A stretch of DNA of 64,000 bases, filler included, from Octopus bimaculoides (GCF_001194135.2; 5 parts of 5 records of this genome joined end to end with filler, not necessarily neighbours in it); one strand, 5' to 3'; positions 36,921 to 52,275 are shown, numbered from the whole stretch's first letter. Translations and numbers: made by a program. The notes: generated by a model from the letters alone, not told the origin.

Positions 36921-38799
36921 GCACAGGACAAGTAACACGAAGAATGACCCTTCATCAGTTGTCGGCTGTCTATCTACTCCTCATTTTGAGCAGTGAGCGA
37001 CAATATGAGACTTCGAAGACAGTTGCTCCCATAAATACCAAAATAAAATTTGGGATTTATGGAGTGTCAAAGATGGGAACAAAGACAGGACAGTGAAGAC
37101 ATACAAGGAAACCGAACGAAAGCAAGCATGGAGGGTCGTTAGACAAGACCGAAGCTAAAATAGCGAATGCTGGAGAAAGATTTTCTTTGAAAAGAGAAAA
37201 GATAGAAGAGAAAGATAGTAGACATCTAGTCCTTAGGACAGTCTTGAAGGAAAAGAAAGATGATCATATGAGGAAAAGAAAGATGGACGGTGGTTACGTG
37301 TGAACAACAAGAGAGAGAAAAAGAAAAAGAGGGGGAGAGAGAGGGAGAGAGAGAGAGAAAGAGAGAGAGAGAAAGAGAGATAGAAAACGGTGAAGGAGAG
37401 CAAAAGGGAATTAGAGAAGAGGATGGGGGAGAAAACAGTATAGGAGTCGCATCAAAAAGATTAAAATAAACCTACTTGGAAATGGATGCCTGACGTTCAA
37501 TCAAATAATAATATAATTAAAATATATATACATATGCATATATATATATATATATATATATATGCATATGTATATATATTTTATTTATATTATTATTTGA
37601 TTGAACGTCAGGCATCCATTTCNNNNNNNNNNNNNNNNNNNNNNNNNNNNNNNNNNNNNNNNNNNNNNNNNNNNNNNNNNNNNNNNNNNNNNNNNNNNNN
37701 NNNNNNNNNNNNNNNNNNNNNNNNNNNNNNNNNNNNNNNNNNNNNNNNNNNNNNNNNNNNNNNNNNNNNNNNNNNNNNNNNNNNNNNNNNNNNNNNNNNN
37801 NNNNNNNNNNNNNNNNNNNNNNNNNNNNNNNNNNNNNNNNNNNNNNNNNNNNNNNNNNNNNNNNNNNNNNNNNNNNNNNNNNNNNNNNNNNNNNNNNNNN
37901 NNNNNNNNNNNNNNNNNNNNNNNNNNNNNNNNNNNNNNNNNNNNNNNNNNNNNNNNNNNNNNNNNNNNNNNNNNNNNNNNNNNNNNNNNNNNNNNNNNNN
38001 NNNNNNNNNNNNNNNNNNNNNNNNNNNNNNNNNNNNNNNNNNNNNNNNNNNNNNNNNNNNNNNNNNNNNNNNNNNNNNNNNNNNNNNNNNNNNNNNNNNN
38101 NNNNNNNNNNNNNNNNNNNNNNNNNNNNNNNNNNNNNNNNNNNNNNNNNNNNNNNNNNNNNNNNNNNNNNNNNNNNNNNNNNNNNNNNNNNNNNNNNNNN
38201 NNNNNNNNNNNNNNNNNNNNNNNNNNNNNNNNNNNNNNNNNNNNNNNNNNNNNNNNNNNNNNNNNNNNNNNNNNNNNNNNNNNNNNNNNNNNNNNNNNNN
38301 NNNNNNNNNNNNNNNNNNNNNNNNNNNNNNNNNNNNNNNNNNNNNNNNNNNNNNNNNNNNNNNNNNNNNNNNNNNNNNNNNNNNNNNNNNNNNNNNNNNN
38401 NNNNNNNNNNNNNNNNNNNNNNNNNNNNNNNNNNNNNNNNNNNNNNNNNNNNNNNNNNNNAATCGAAGGAGATTCTTCTGCTGTTTCTAGCCGATCGAGA
38501 AACCATATAGAAACTTTTTCATTAGCTTGTTCTTAGTGGTTTAGCCTACGGTCTGTTGTGATAGAGTAGATTTATGATCAAAAGCGTTTTAATCCTGACC
38601 ATTCTCTCATCTGTCAGGAGCTGTTTTGACTAATATGTCTTTTTTAAAGACTGTAGGATATGATATGTAAGAGATTTGGTTGCAGTTTCTAGTTGGTCGA
38701 TTGACTACACAGAGATTTCCTCAATGGATTGTGCGGAGAAGAAGCAGTGGTGTGTGAAAAGTAACATTTCATACAGCCTAGTAATCATCTTTTCAGGCA

Positions 38800-39400
38800 T
38801 CAGTGAATACAAACCGACAGTGAAGCAGTCACAATGAAACAGATAATCTAGTGGTAAATGAAATGAAAGACAACACCAATAGCAAGTTGGATATTACATT
38901 GAGGCAATAAAATATCCGTAACATAAATACAATTTAAAAGAAAACTGTGACAAAAGAGTTTTAAAAGACCACGGAGAATACCAATGAAGGTCTCTACAAG
39001 AGCATAAAATAATTGTTCCAGATTTAAACCACCAGTTGATCTCTGCTATAATTAGATTAGCTGTGACAATGAAGAGCTATACACAAAAGAAACAACAATA
39101 AAAGAAAACAGGCCCATCAGAAGCGACAAACATTCAACAGGCAAATAGAGAATTGCATTGAAAATCAGTAAATTGAGCGATGCTTTTGAAATCATTCAGA
39201 AAGTTGAAAGAGAGAAGGCAAGCTTGTGCGTAAGATGAAAGGAAAGGAGAATCAGACAACATCGCGATGTGAAAGAGAAGCGATGACACAAGGCGAACTG
39301 GCGGAAATATTACAACAAAAGAGTCGAGCAAAGGGTCAAAGGATATGAAGATATGACAAACGGCTGAAAATCTATAATGACAAGACAATTACAAGACCAT
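38800..39400 (+). mobile_element. Degenerate upstream part of an R4/Dong-like LINE ORF
   Basis: Broken-frame peptide QQKSRAKGQRI*RYDKRLKIYN resembles the KQ...A...RRY..R...Y region upstream of RT in these elements. Confidence 0.45.
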
Positions 39401-39442
39401 GGCAAGATATTCTTGAGAGGGAGAGAGAAGAAAGAGAGTGAT

Positions 39443-39520
<78 letters not shown>

Positions 39521-39662
39521 AGATAGATAGAGAGAGAGCTTGATAAAAAATAAACATTGCAAAATCAACAAACATATAAAATATAGAAATATTTTGAAAG
39601 TATAAATTAAAGGGAAATGAAAAGCGACATAACAAATGAGAGAAATATTGTGTTAGAGAGGA

Positions 39663-39693
<31 letters not shown>

Positions 39694-39935
39694 GGGGGAG
39701 AGAGAAAGAATGAGCAGTAGGGAAACAAACGGAAAACAGAATTAAGAATATAAAGAAACAAGGGAAGCAGTACACGAGAAATGATAAATCCCCAGACAGT
39801 GATACTGATTAATGCATTACGAGAAAACCAACATCGCAATTCTTCTGCTTTAAACACCTAACATCTCTCCGTCTTGACATCGCAATGTTATTTGCAGCAC
39901 TATTCAATTAGATAATTATAAATTAGATTGTAGCA

Positions 39936-39966
<31 letters not shown>

Positions 39967-39969
39967 ATG

Positions 39970-40350
39970 TAACTGTGTGGTAAGAAGCTTGCTTACCAAC
40001 CACATGGTTTCAGGTTCGGTCCCACTGCGTGGCACCTTGGGAAAGTGTCTTCTACTGTGGCCTCGGGACGACCAAAGCGTTGTGAGTGCATTTGATAGAC
40101 GGAAACTGAAAGAAGCCCGTCGAATATGTGTGTGTGTGTGTATTTGTGTGTGTCTGTGTTTGTTCCTCCACCATCGCTTGACAATCGATGTTGGCGTGTT
40201 TATGTCCCCGTAACTTAGCGGTTTGGCAAAAGAGACCCAATAGAATAAGTACTAGGCTTACTAAGAATAAATCCTGGTGGTTGATTTCTTCGACTAAAGG
40301 CGGTGCTCCAGCATGGCCGCAGTCAAAAGACTGAAACTAGTAAAAGAATA
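39970..40350 (+). mobile_element. Near full-length SINE family A
   Basis: Matches 35700-36125. Confidence 0.9.
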
Positions 40351-40395
40351 AAAGGATGTATATATATATATAAGGATGTATATATATATATATAA

Positions 40396-40460
<65 letters not shown>

Positions 40461-40507
40461 GTCTGTCTGTCTGTCTATCTGTCTATCTATTATCTATCTA
40501 TCTATAT

Positions 40508-40546
<39 letters not shown>

Positions 40547-43415
40547 TATACACACTTTGAAAGATATCAGTTACTAACTAAAAGTCTGTACCATAACCGA
40601 TCATAAAGAAAATAAGCTACGAACCAACGGCATGTTATCGTACATTGTATAAAAGAACATGGATGGGGATGTTTCTTTCAAGAACGAAAGTAATTGCAAA
40701 GTGTATTTGGTCTCTAAGAACCAACTAAACAATGAAGGGATTACGAAATATAAGTCGAAATGCATAATAAACCTATCTATAGTAGGGGTCAGTGACAGTA
40801 TTCGATAGAGTTTTCACACTCTTGCTTCCGGTAGAAAGTCAAGTTATACGCTATTAACGAAAGCATCGCCATACTTCATTGATATAATAACAATGAATTG
40901 GGTATTAGAACTCAACCTAATCGTTTCTGTTCATAGTATCAGAGTATCTGAAGGTTATATCAGAACTGGTTTATTCTTACGAAATTTGATATTCTCTTTG
41001 CCTTGAAACAAAAGAAATTTTCGAAATCAAGCATCGCATTTTAAACTTGTTTATATGGATGGCTTAAAATTGTACACCAAAGTGGAAGAAATTATTAAAA
41101 AAAAAAGTCACGCTATTTACTAAAGACGTTAGCATAAAATTGATAAACGTTCCAAGACAAGAATAATAAATGGAAAAGAAGATCGGATTGAATTTATGAG
41201 AATAAATGTGATATCAAAGAGTTTGCACTAGAGCAAAAAAAAAAAAAAAAAAAATGAAAACTAGCTCATGTAAGAACCTCGGTTTCAAGGATAACACAGA
41301 AACATCGTGATAACAAATAAAAAATACAGTAAAAAAATAATATTCTCACCGTATTAGTCTAGTGTTAGACATACAAGCAATGCACATTTAACGATTTCTC
41401 CGTAGATTGCAAAAAAGGATGGACTTAACTGGTCTTCGAACCTTATTAGATCCTCATCAGACGTGTCAACATCATTTGATGACAGTGTCGATATGATATC
41501 TATATGTATATGAGCAATTGGATGTCGGTGCCCTGTAGGATTCATGTACGTGTGTAGGTACGTATACATATATGTGTATACCTGTGTGCATATGTGATTG
41601 GCTGACACATACATGTAACGTATACTGGCATGTGCTCATGAATACACTTATTAATGTGCGAGTCTGTCTGTCTTTGCATTTATTTAAACGTATGAATGTG
41701 CGCGTCTATTTGTCTGTGCGTCTGTCTAACCGATAAAATCTCTCAATACAGCGAAACTGAAATGTAAACCTCCCAGCCTAAAACCATATTAGACCACCCG
41801 AAGAGTCTTCTATGCACTGTGCGTTTCATCTGGTGTTATTGCATCGTTCCACGCTCACAAGGGGGCAGTGCACCTCGAAATTGAAACAATTGTTGTGTTA
41901 ATAAATCATAAATAAATATATATATATAAATGTGACGAGTGCCCTTCTCTCGTTGCATCATCAAAGCAATTTGATTCAAATTTCCTGCTGCTTTAGGTTT
42001 CAAAAGCGTGATGCTAATCCTCAGCCATTAGAAATTTTCAATGGGTGAGGATTAGAATCACACTTTGAAGTACCAAGGAATTTAAATCAAACTGTTTTGA
42101 TCCATTTATATATATATATATATATATATATATGATTATTTGTCAGCTTGATCAGACTATTTGAGGATTAAAAAATACCAACGCTGATCCAGCAAGGGCC
42201 GTATGCAGCAGCCTCTCTTGTTAGACACAACAGCCAAAACGTCTTCATACAACAAACAATTTAAAGTACACATTTGCTAATGAAGTCATGAAGTCTCTAA
42301 TATATATAAAAAAAATGCTATAATAGTCACGGTCGGAACGTTTTTGATCATTGATTTGCTCGATCAGACCAAAGCAAACTTGATAGAAATAGCAACTACA
42401 TCTTCCTCATGATACACATTCCAACTACTTAAACGAAAGATGTCTCTAGTGTAAACAACATATAAGATGGTTACAGCTGGAAGATTTTGTAATCATAAGG
42501 TCTGTTTGATCAGGGCTGGTGTTAGTTGCGGAAGAGAAATAAAAATAAACCCATTACCTTGACAAACACAACGACAGAAAATAATTCAATAAACAAGGAA
42601 AACTCAATGAAATAAAATAGAAATAAAAGCGAAAAAGCCGAGTAAACTCAGAAAATAGACGAAAAACCTCGAGTGTAGAATGGCAGCTCCCAAAGTCAAT
42701 GAGTGTCGTCTGCGTTTGTTGAATAAACAAAAGTGACGAACGCTTGGTTGAAATAAACACACATACGCACAAACATACAAAAATCATATACATATATACG
42801 TACACGCACTCACTCTCTCGTACAACCATCGCTACACACACTCATACACGCACATACATAACAGAAATACACAGATTGACACAGACAAACACACATACAT
42901 AGACATAGCTACACATACTCATAAAGTATACGCATATATACATGCTCACACACTCATTCATGCATATACACAAATACACACACTGATATAGATACAGACG
43001 CACACAAACAAAAGCCATACACATTCAAATATACGTCCGATGTATGTCAATGGTGGTGACACATATACACATGCACACACGCACACAAATACACATACAT
43101 TAGCATAGCTACAAATACTCATATACACATACACACACACACACGTACACACAAAATTCATATACACGCGCCCGATGTATATCAATGGCGATGTATTTTA
43201 TGGCGGTTATTTTGTTTTATGACATTTACAAACGAAATTTAAAGGGTCAACCTTAAATGTAGACACCACTTTCCAATAAAATTCTTTGTCCAATGGAATC
43301 CGTTAACTATTTATTATTTCTTTTTATTATTGATGTTTTCTTTCAGAAGGAGAATTCTGTCTCTCCAACCCTCTTACTCGCCCACACACATAAAAATCAG
43401 TTATATAAAAGAAAA

Positions 43416-43453
<38 letters not shown>

Positions 43454-44623
43454 TCTACATTATTGTTTTTAACATTTATTGTATATTAATATGAACAGCT
43501 ACGCGTACACACACACACACACTCGAAAACACGCTCCCATATTGTGGGATAAACATCGCACAACGCAGCAGACTTTATAGGAAAACATATTTAAACATGA
43601 CAGGAAATAGATATTATTCATAATTTCTTTTTCCCTTTCTTACTTTTCCCTCTCCTTTTTTTCCTATCTTCAATTCGATTTTTCCCTTAATTATATCTCG
43701 CTCATCTTCCTCTCTTCCCTTTTCTAAATCTGACACAGATTTCTTCACTGTTGCTATTTGATAATTCTTTCGAACTTCGGCACTAAGACCAGTAACATTA
43801 AGATTGGTGGGTGTATTTGAATACATCGACCCCAGTTTTCTACTGGTACTTATTTTAGCGATACCGAAACAGTCCAGTGGGGTAACAATTGCCTTTGGTA
43901 ATCCTTTCTACATAGACACAAGGCCTGAAACTTTGGGAGACGGAGTTAGCTGATTATATTGACCCAGGAATTGCTTCGTATCTAGTCTTGGTTACATCAG
44001 AGTATAATATAAGCACAATAGGGGTGGCCCACAAGCAGAGAGCCTGCGACTTTGCGAAGGATTGAAGAGCGTTCTTCTGAAAGACGTCGAACATTAATGA
44101 AAAAAAAACAAACCATTATATTGGAATATATTTCTGTTACTTTTAATTAAAACCTATCTTTTCATGTAAATTTGAATTTTAGAATTTACGCATGTAATTA
44201 CTTGTTTCAAGTAATTATAATTATGTTTAAAACAGAAGTTTGGAAAAAAATCACAAAAAAACCCCAAATAAAATGTTACAGTGGGTGTGCTTATTCCAAA
44301 ACTTTAGGGATTTTTTTTTACAGTTTATTATAAACATAATTATTTTATGAATAATTATATTTTATGAAATATTAGGTTTAGGAGTATAATTTTCTTGTTT
44401 GATAGATGGTTGTCAGCTTTAATGCGGGCTTTTACAACGCAAAAACATACCCTGACTCTTGATTGGCTAATATGTCTACCGCAAAATCTACCAGTATTTT
44501 AGGGGTCCACCGCACATGTACAAACACAAACTGGGTTGTTAGACTCACTAGAAAGAGTATCCAACCATCCGCAAATTACTCTTTACAGTGAAGCCAAGAA
44601 TGAAATACGTAAATTTGGAATAG

Positions 44624-44654
<31 letters not shown>

Positions 44655-46172
44655 GTATATTTGGAATAGTTATGGCTGGAGCACCTTTGGTCATAGATCT
44701 GCTCACTCAGGGCTGATCTGGTACAATAACAACAACCATACATAAAAAAGGGCATGAACGTCATCCAGATTCTGTCAATGAAGACAGATCAACATTCTTT
44801 CAAGTACATACTGACGGAATGTGGTAAACAAGCTAAAGAGATATAGTTGTAAAAACAAGACAATATCAATATGGCCATCACGTCGGACAACTCTCAGTCA
44901 GTTCAAGGCCAACTGCTTTTGTTTTTATTAAGAAATGACCCATTTGATAATATAGTCCTTGATATACTATATCTCAAAAACTGAAGGACTGGTCACGGCT
45001 GGTGCGCTTTTGATCAAGCCTTTCCTCGGGTTATACAGCAACAACAACATCAATGTCACTGTAAACTAATATTACATTTGTCCAAATTGTTGTTACGCTT
45101 GTTTAGTCCCAGTTCAATTTCGATCAAGTTGACCTACGTTCGAAGACAATCTTGCTGTTCGTCTCAGGGCAAACACTAAACAATATGTCTATTCTGATAT
45201 TTTCAAAGACGTTAGAGTGTGTACGTATGGATGAATGCATGTAAGTATGTATGTATGTATGTATGTATGTATGTATGTATGTATGTATATATNNNNNNNN
45301 NNNNNNNNNNNNNNNNNNNNNNNNNNNNNNNNNNNNNNNNNNNNNNNNNNNNNNNNNNNNNNNNNNNNNNNNNNNNNNNNNNNNNNNNNNNNNNNNNNNN
45401 NNNNNNNNNNNNNNNNNNNNNNNNNNNNNNNNNNNNNNNNNNNNNNNNNNNNNNNNNNNNNNNNNNNNNNNNNNNNNNNNNNNNNNNNNNNNNNNNNNNN
45501 NNNNNNNNNNNNNNNNNNNNNNNNNNNNNNNNNNNNNNNNNNNNNNNNNNNNNNNNNNNNNNNNNNNNNNNNNNNNNNNNNNNNNNNNNNNNNNNNNNNN
45601 NNNNNNNNNNNNNNNNNNNNNNNNNNNNNNNNNNNNNNNNNNNNNNNNNNNNNNNNNNNNNNNNNNNNNNNNNNNNNNNNNNNNNNNNNNNNNNNNNNNN
45701 NNNNNNNNNNNNNNNNNNNNNNNNNNNNNNNNNNNNNNNNNNNNNNNNNNNNNNNNNNNNNNNNNNNNNNNNNNNNNNNNNNNNNNNNNNNNNNNNNNNN
45801 NNNNNNNNNNNNNNNNNNNNNNNNNNNNNNNNNNNNNNNNNNNNNNNNNNNNNNNNNNNNNNNNNNNNNNNNNNNNNNNNNNNNNNNNNNNNNNNNNNNN
45901 NNNNNNNNNNNNNNNNNNNNNNNNNNNNNNNNNNNNNNNNNNNNNNNNNNNNNNNNNNNNNNNNNNNNNNNNNNNNNNNNNNNNNNNNNNNNNNNNNNNN
46001 NNNNNNNNNNNNNNNNNNNNACTCACAGGGCTTTGGTCCCAGCATCACCACCACCACCACTACTGCTGGAGAAACATTGTTGGTATGTTTACGTCCCAGT
46101 AACTTAGCTGTTCAGCAAAAGACACCGAGAGACTAAGTACCAGACTTAATAATAACAATAATAATAATAATA

Positions 46173-46219
<47 letters not shown>

Positions 46220-48148
46220 GATGATGAGGAGGATAATGTGTACTTGGCCGATTCATTTGTCTAGAATTCTTCAAGGCGATACACTTGTATGGCTGCTGTT
46301 AAATGACCGAAGTAAGTTTAAAAAACAAAAGAAGCTAAAAATATATGTCTACATGTATGNNNNNNNNNNNNNNNNNNNNNNNNNNNNNNNNNNNNNNNNN
46401 NNNNNNNNNNNNNNNNNNNNNNTATATATATATATATATATAAACACACAAACGCACACGCAAACACAATAAACATACAATAAAGTATTGAATCCACATT
46501 GCTGCATAGAAACGCGAGAAAAAGTACTCAATTCCAAGCGTAGATTAATATAGCGACGAATAAAACCTGGAACTTCAGAAATATGACTTCGGTTCACCAA
46601 ATAGCAGTGATTTAACAAAGAACACACAATTTGGCTTCCTTTGAGAACTCGCACAATATGTAGTAAATACGTAATTTCATTGTTTGTTGGAAATTGATAG
46701 AGTTAGTGTTGGTAAAAAGGGTTATATATAGAGACTGAAATATATCGGATAGAAATAAAGTGAAAAGAGAGCAAAGGATAAAGAAGAGAAACGAAAGAAG
46801 CGGGAAAGAAAGAAAGAAAAGAGTGAGAAAAAGGGGAGAATGGTAGGAAGAAAGCGAACATGAGTGGTAGCGATCGAAGAACAAAGAAAAGACAATAATT
46901 TAAGAAAACTGAAAATTATAAATAGCTATTGATTTTAAAACAAACGTTTTATCATTGATGTACTTGATTGAAAGAAGAAGCAAGTGCAGGCTGGGTGTAA
47001 AAGAAAAGTCTAAGGAGAAATATCCTATTGTGTAATATGTTTTATTGAACATTACTTATGTTGTGGTTTGTTTACAAAATAGTGGACAATAAAGAGAGAA
47101 GAGGTTAGGAAATGTGGAGATAAGGAAGAAATAGGTTACAACTACAGGACAAGTATGTAAAGCATTAAATGTGAGCGTGTAAACTAATTATGAAAGTTAT
47201 GAAAGTTCTGGAAGTTATAAAAATAAATTGCATATGATAATTGCAATGTGGAACAGGGAATAAGTGCATTGTATTTTTGTTATATTAGAATGTATAATAA
47301 ATTCAATAAAACTATGCTACAAAATGAAATACGTTGAAATATTTCAACAAAGTAATGCCTGCATATCTTGCTGGAATTTCGAAAGCGTTTGTGTGTTCGT
47401 TATACCATAATTTAAACAGGTTAGCCTTAAGCCGATTAATAATAATCGCTATGTTACAGAATGTGACATGGATGGAATAAACTTAAAAGCTTGCCGTGCA
47501 TTTATCCTTTAAAGGCACGAGTCAAGGCTTATACAACAGTACAATTAAATGGTATTAGGAAAATCAGAAAAACAAAAGGAGTCTACAGATGACAGCTTCA
47601 GAAAAGTTACCAGTAATACAACTGCTGACATTAATTTTGTGATTGTTGAAAATTCTACGGTACTTTTGATGATTGTAGAAACTTTGTCGCAATACGAATA
47701 CTTGTCTAAAGTTTATAAAAAGGTCTACATCATAATATATTTTCTCTCGGGAAGAGCTATTCTAAGAGCGCGTTCTGCCTCATCTTCGAAACGCCTAGTT
47801 TAGAATAGAAGCAGCTGATGAAGGAAAAGTTCCATATGTGGCTTGTCTGTTTTCCTATGTGTTCATTTTGTTGTCCGTAAAAAAAGTTCGTGTTTTTTGC
47901 CTTCTTTATGTTCCCGTTCCTTTTTTGTCCATGTTTTTTTGACGTCCTGTACCCGGATATGCATCTATATATACATGTAGATGTAGGTATGTATATATAT
48001 ATGTATGTATATATGCATATGCTCACATATCATTTGTATTATTATATGCATATATATATATATATGTATATATATGCATATATATATATATATATATATA
48101 TATANNNNNNNNNNNNNNNNNNNNNNNNNNNNNNNNNNNNNNNNNNNN

Positions 48149-48160
48149 TTAATTAATTAA
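48149..48160. other. Artificial scaffold-join marker
   Basis: N44-TTAATTAATTAA-N44. Confidence 0.9.
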
Positions 48161-48204
48161 NNNNNNNNNNNNNNNNNNNNNNNNNNNNNNNNNNNNNNNN
48201 NNNN

Positions 48205-48412
48205 GGCCGTTTTCGTGCGGGTGACACGTAAAAGCACCCACTACACTCTCTGAGTGGTTGGCGTTAGGAAGGGCATCCAGCTGTAGAAACTCTGCCAAAT
48301 CAGACTGGAGCCTGGTGTTGCCATCCGGTTTCACCAGTCCTCAGTCAAATCGTCCAACCCATGCTAGCATGGAAAGCGGACGTTAAACGATGATGATGAT
48401 GATGATGATGAT
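48205..48412 (+). mobile_element. RTE 3'-tail element with (GAT)n end
   Basis: AAAAGCACCCACTACACTC...GGAAAGCGGACGTTAAAC(GAT)n; homologous to 59420-59590 (-). Confidence 0.85.
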
Positions 48413-48489
48413 GAATGTAATAAGTGAAAGAAATATTGCTAGGCATTTTGTTCAATGTGCTAATACTTCTGCCAGTTTGCTGCCTTATA

Positions 48490-49450
48490 ATGGTCTTCTT
48501 TAGCTACATGATGATCAATCAGTCCATTGTATTGTTTGACTTGAAGTTGCAATTAGTTTTTTCTTACAAACTGGAAATGGTACTCTTTGCATCAACTAAA
48601 TATTGTTGAAAAAGCTTTCCTGATCTGTGAATAACTTTAAAGCCATTTCTGCATGTAATAAAATTACAGAACTCTTGCATAGCCACATGACTATGCTTTT
48701 CAGTATACTGCATATCATTGTGCCAGCCAATCTCACATTGGGAAATAAAAGAGGGCAAGATTTTGAGTTAAAATATCAAGGTAAATATGAGTTCTTTGGT
48801 GGTGGGGAATTTCATGGTTGAATTACAATGTCTCTATTTCCTGAAGGGGTTCCATGTTCATCAATATATACAGTTGTGATTTCATTGTTTGTATGAAAAT
48901 TTTATTGCCTGATGTTAGAACCTCATCTTAAGTGCAGTTCATATGTATGGAGAATTGTATTTTTACTAACTGCACATATGTTTTAGTAGCTGTATCAATT
49001 GCATGCTTTTATATGGTTCAGTATGTGGGTTGTACAAATCATAATTTCTTGTATTGTATTCATTACATAAGACAAACATTCTGAATCTTAAGGTATTTCT
49101 ATCTGGTATCTTAAAGCTTCATTCACATCAATAATATAAAGTTAGGTTTATATTGGGTATAGAATAGAATGGTATTTATTGTTTGAATTTAGAAACCAGA
49201 TCCTTATCCTTCAGTTGAGTAATTTTTTGCAGGAAAAGTTGCAGTTTTAATTTCAGATGTTTTCCCTAAGATTGTTGGGTAACTCAGTTGAATCAAAGAA
49301 TAGCTTTACTCCCTCAAAATAAGGCTGCAGAGGGGGAAGTTGTATTTCATCATTATGGCAATAATTTAATCTCATTTCTGAATTGTAAACCATCAAAAGG
49401 AGGACAGAATCTGTCAATTTTTTGATGTATGGTTCAGCTGCAACTTGCTC
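48490..49450 (-). mobile_element. Degenerate Helitron Rep-region relic
   Basis: Collinear minus-strand peptides: YCHNDEIQLPPLQPY...NLRENI; LYIIDVNEALRY; NEITTVYIDEHGTPSGNRDIVIQP; PLLFP..EIGWH; GKLFQQYLVDA; LQVKQYNGLIDH. They are broken by stops and frameshifts. Confidence 0.8.
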
Positions 49451-51844
49451 ATTCTAATGTGTGTCATAGGTACACCAGATTTTTCCTAAGTCTTCTTGCA
49501 TTAGAGTAAAAGGTTAATAAAAGATAAATAACTGGAATACCTTCTTGGCTGTCTTGCTACCACATGAATGCATGAAGTGTCAAAAGTGAAGGTAAAAGTG
49601 TTTTCTTTAGCAAAAAAAAAAAAAAAAAAAGTGTTTTCCTTGAAAGTAAAGTTATCAAATAAGTATATTACTAGAAAAGAGAAATTATCATAGAATAAAA
49701 ATATTTATTGATAGTCGATAGTGGCATGCTGGTTAGATACTATATGGCATTCAGAGTAGCAAAAGCATTTTGAATCAGTGTGGACTTGTGCAAAAAGAAA
49801 TGAGTTATTGGTACTCAACACACACAGACTTTTGAGTTGGTAGTATTGTACCTTTCCTAATGATGCATCCAAACAGTTATTAAAAAATATTAGATCTTTA
49901 ATACAAAAGATAAATGAAGGCATAATTTCACTTTTTGCTCAGGAAACTTACCTGTTCTGTCCTGGAAAACAGTTTTTTTTCAAATGGAAATGTTTCCACT
50001 TACTGATTCCTTTCTAAGTATAGCATACAAACATATACTATGACAAGAATAGTAATATTTATTGGTTATACCAATGTGATAGATTAACATATAAAATGTC
50101 TTCTATAGATTTTGCTGAGATGCATTGTTAAGAAAATTTTTCATTTGAGAAAAGGAATTTATCAATGGCTCATCAAGGCTGTGAATGACTTAAAATTATT
50201 GTATAACCAAGTAAAAATTGTCGAAGTAGATTAGCTCATTATACAGATTTAATTAGAAGTAGTAGCTCAACAAATAAATAGCAAGAAATTAAAGTGCTTT
50301 CATCTTTATTATAAAAGGGAAAATGTATGACAGTGACAGGCTGCATTTTAATCTCTTGTGTTCAGATTAACCACAAAATTTAATCAAATAATATATCTGA
50401 TTCCCATTTCTGTCTAGCATTTACGCACAAAGCTGACTATTGAGTTTTATCAGCTTTTTGGTTGGATTAATCAGAAACCAATAGAATGATTTTATTTATT
50501 GAAGGGCAATACAAACCTTTTCATTATGTGAAGAAGCTTAAAATTACATTAAAATGTCCATTCATAAGTATAACAACTGTTGAATTATCTCATGAAAAGA
50601 ATTTGTTTTAGCATAAAAGAAAGTACTTTTAATAACTTGTATTGAATAGGCTTTTTCTTATTGGGTGTACTTTAGAACTTAATGGGTTTCTTGACAGCAT
50701 ACAAAGCATTCTAATCTTTGGAAAATTTAAGTCCAGTCTATTTTGATGCAAGCAAATGGATCAGATGTTTTTAAGATCATCCTTAATCCTTAAACTTATT
50801 AAAATGAAAAGTATTGATAGAATTGTGAATCTCATTCCTTATCAACCTGGTGCAAAGCTCCTTTGGGGAGTGCGGCTAATAAATGTATTTATCATTGAAG
50901 TATTTCTAAGCAGAGACTGAGTGATGAGGAAGAATTCTGTTGATAGCTTGTAAAAATTAACAAATTTAGAATCCTTTAAAATTCATACCAGGCCACAGAC
51001 TGTGATAAGCTTGGTAGTGAGGTAATTTATAAACTAATGGTGAATTTTCAAGGATAGACTTTAACAGTTATATATCTTGTATGTTTAAAAGAGTGACCTG
51101 GTTGAGCTTCTTATAATCCATTTAATCCTACAGACCACCCAAATTATTTTGAAAATTGGTAGAATAGAAATGCTTCTTTGAGTCACACTACATCATTAGC
51201 TATATTAATTATTAACTAGCGGGACCCGTGAATATTTCATGGAATTAATGGTAAACCTATTGGGTCATTTCTGAAAACTTTATTCAAAAAACCTGAAAGC
51301 ATAACCTTGTGTCTGTATGGAAAAATAGTCACTCATCTGTTACTCACTGAGAAGTGAAAGAAATTGGAATACAATGATAACTTAATATACTTTATGCACA
51401 ATTTTATAGACTTATAAAACAAATATTCACTCTTATTTTTCCCATAAAAAAAGTATCCTGTACATATGATACAACCTTTAGTTAAATTACATATATCTGC
51501 CATGTAAATAAGCGTGAAAATTTCACAGAATTGCACTTATGTGCATGCGTTAAGTGAAAGGTGATATAAAAACACTTTTCACTATCAAATCACCACACCA
51601 TCACCACTCTCTCTCTCTCTTTCTTTCTCCCTCTTTCTGTCTCACTCTCCGCCGTATCTTCCTCTCTCCTTTTTCTTTCTCGTCTCTTTCCCTTCAACTA
51701 ATTACATGAAAGCATTACAATTACATTCCCTCTACCTCACATCATGGACGCTTCTCTCTCCCTCTTTTTCTCTAATCATGTGAAAGCATTACTGATGGGA
51801 TAAGTAATAGAATGACAAGCAGTAATATTATAGGATATGATTGA

Positions 51845-52275
51845 TTCAAGCTGGCAGAGTTGCTAGAATACCAGGCAAAATACTGAGCAGTATTATGTCT
51901 GTCTTTATGTTCTGAGTTCAAATTTCGCTGAGGTCCACTTTGTCTTTCATCCCTTTGGGGTCAATAAAAGAAATACCTGTTGAACACTGGGGTTGATGTA
52001 ATTGAGTCCCCCCCTCCTTGCTGGCCCTGTTCCTAAATTTGAAACCAATATGATTGATTGAAAGTGGTGGGCTGGCTGAATTGTTATGGCATTTGATTAA
52101 ATGCTTAGCAGAGATTCTTTCAATTTTTTTCCATTCTGAGTTACAATTCCACCAAGGTCAACTTTGCCTTTCATCCTTTTAAGGGTTGATAAAATAAGTA
52201 GTGGTTAAGTACTGGCATCAATGTATTTGATATGCTCTCCACCTCAAAGTTGCTTGCCTTGTGCCAAAATTAGAA
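51845..52275 (+). mobile_element. Tandem dimer of old SINE family B copies
   Basis: Two CpG-decayed copies separated and flanked by (A)TGATTGAT. Confidence 0.75.

Noticed and set aside
37479-37622. Near-perfect 144-bp palindrome centred on (TA)n
   Set aside because: It ends exactly at an N gap and pivots on a self-complementary (TA)n run, so it is most likely an assembler fold-back.
41406-41496. Possible + strand exon LQKRMDLTGLRTLLDPHQTCQ in the same phase as the iGluR last exon
   Set aside because: The resemblance is slight, there is no M4 helix, and it has an early stop and no good donor.
49952-49961. 10-nt minus-strand microexon candidate (ttccAG-GACAGAACAG-GTAAGT)
   Set aside because: No partner exons were found, and such motifs occur by chance in AT-rich DNA.
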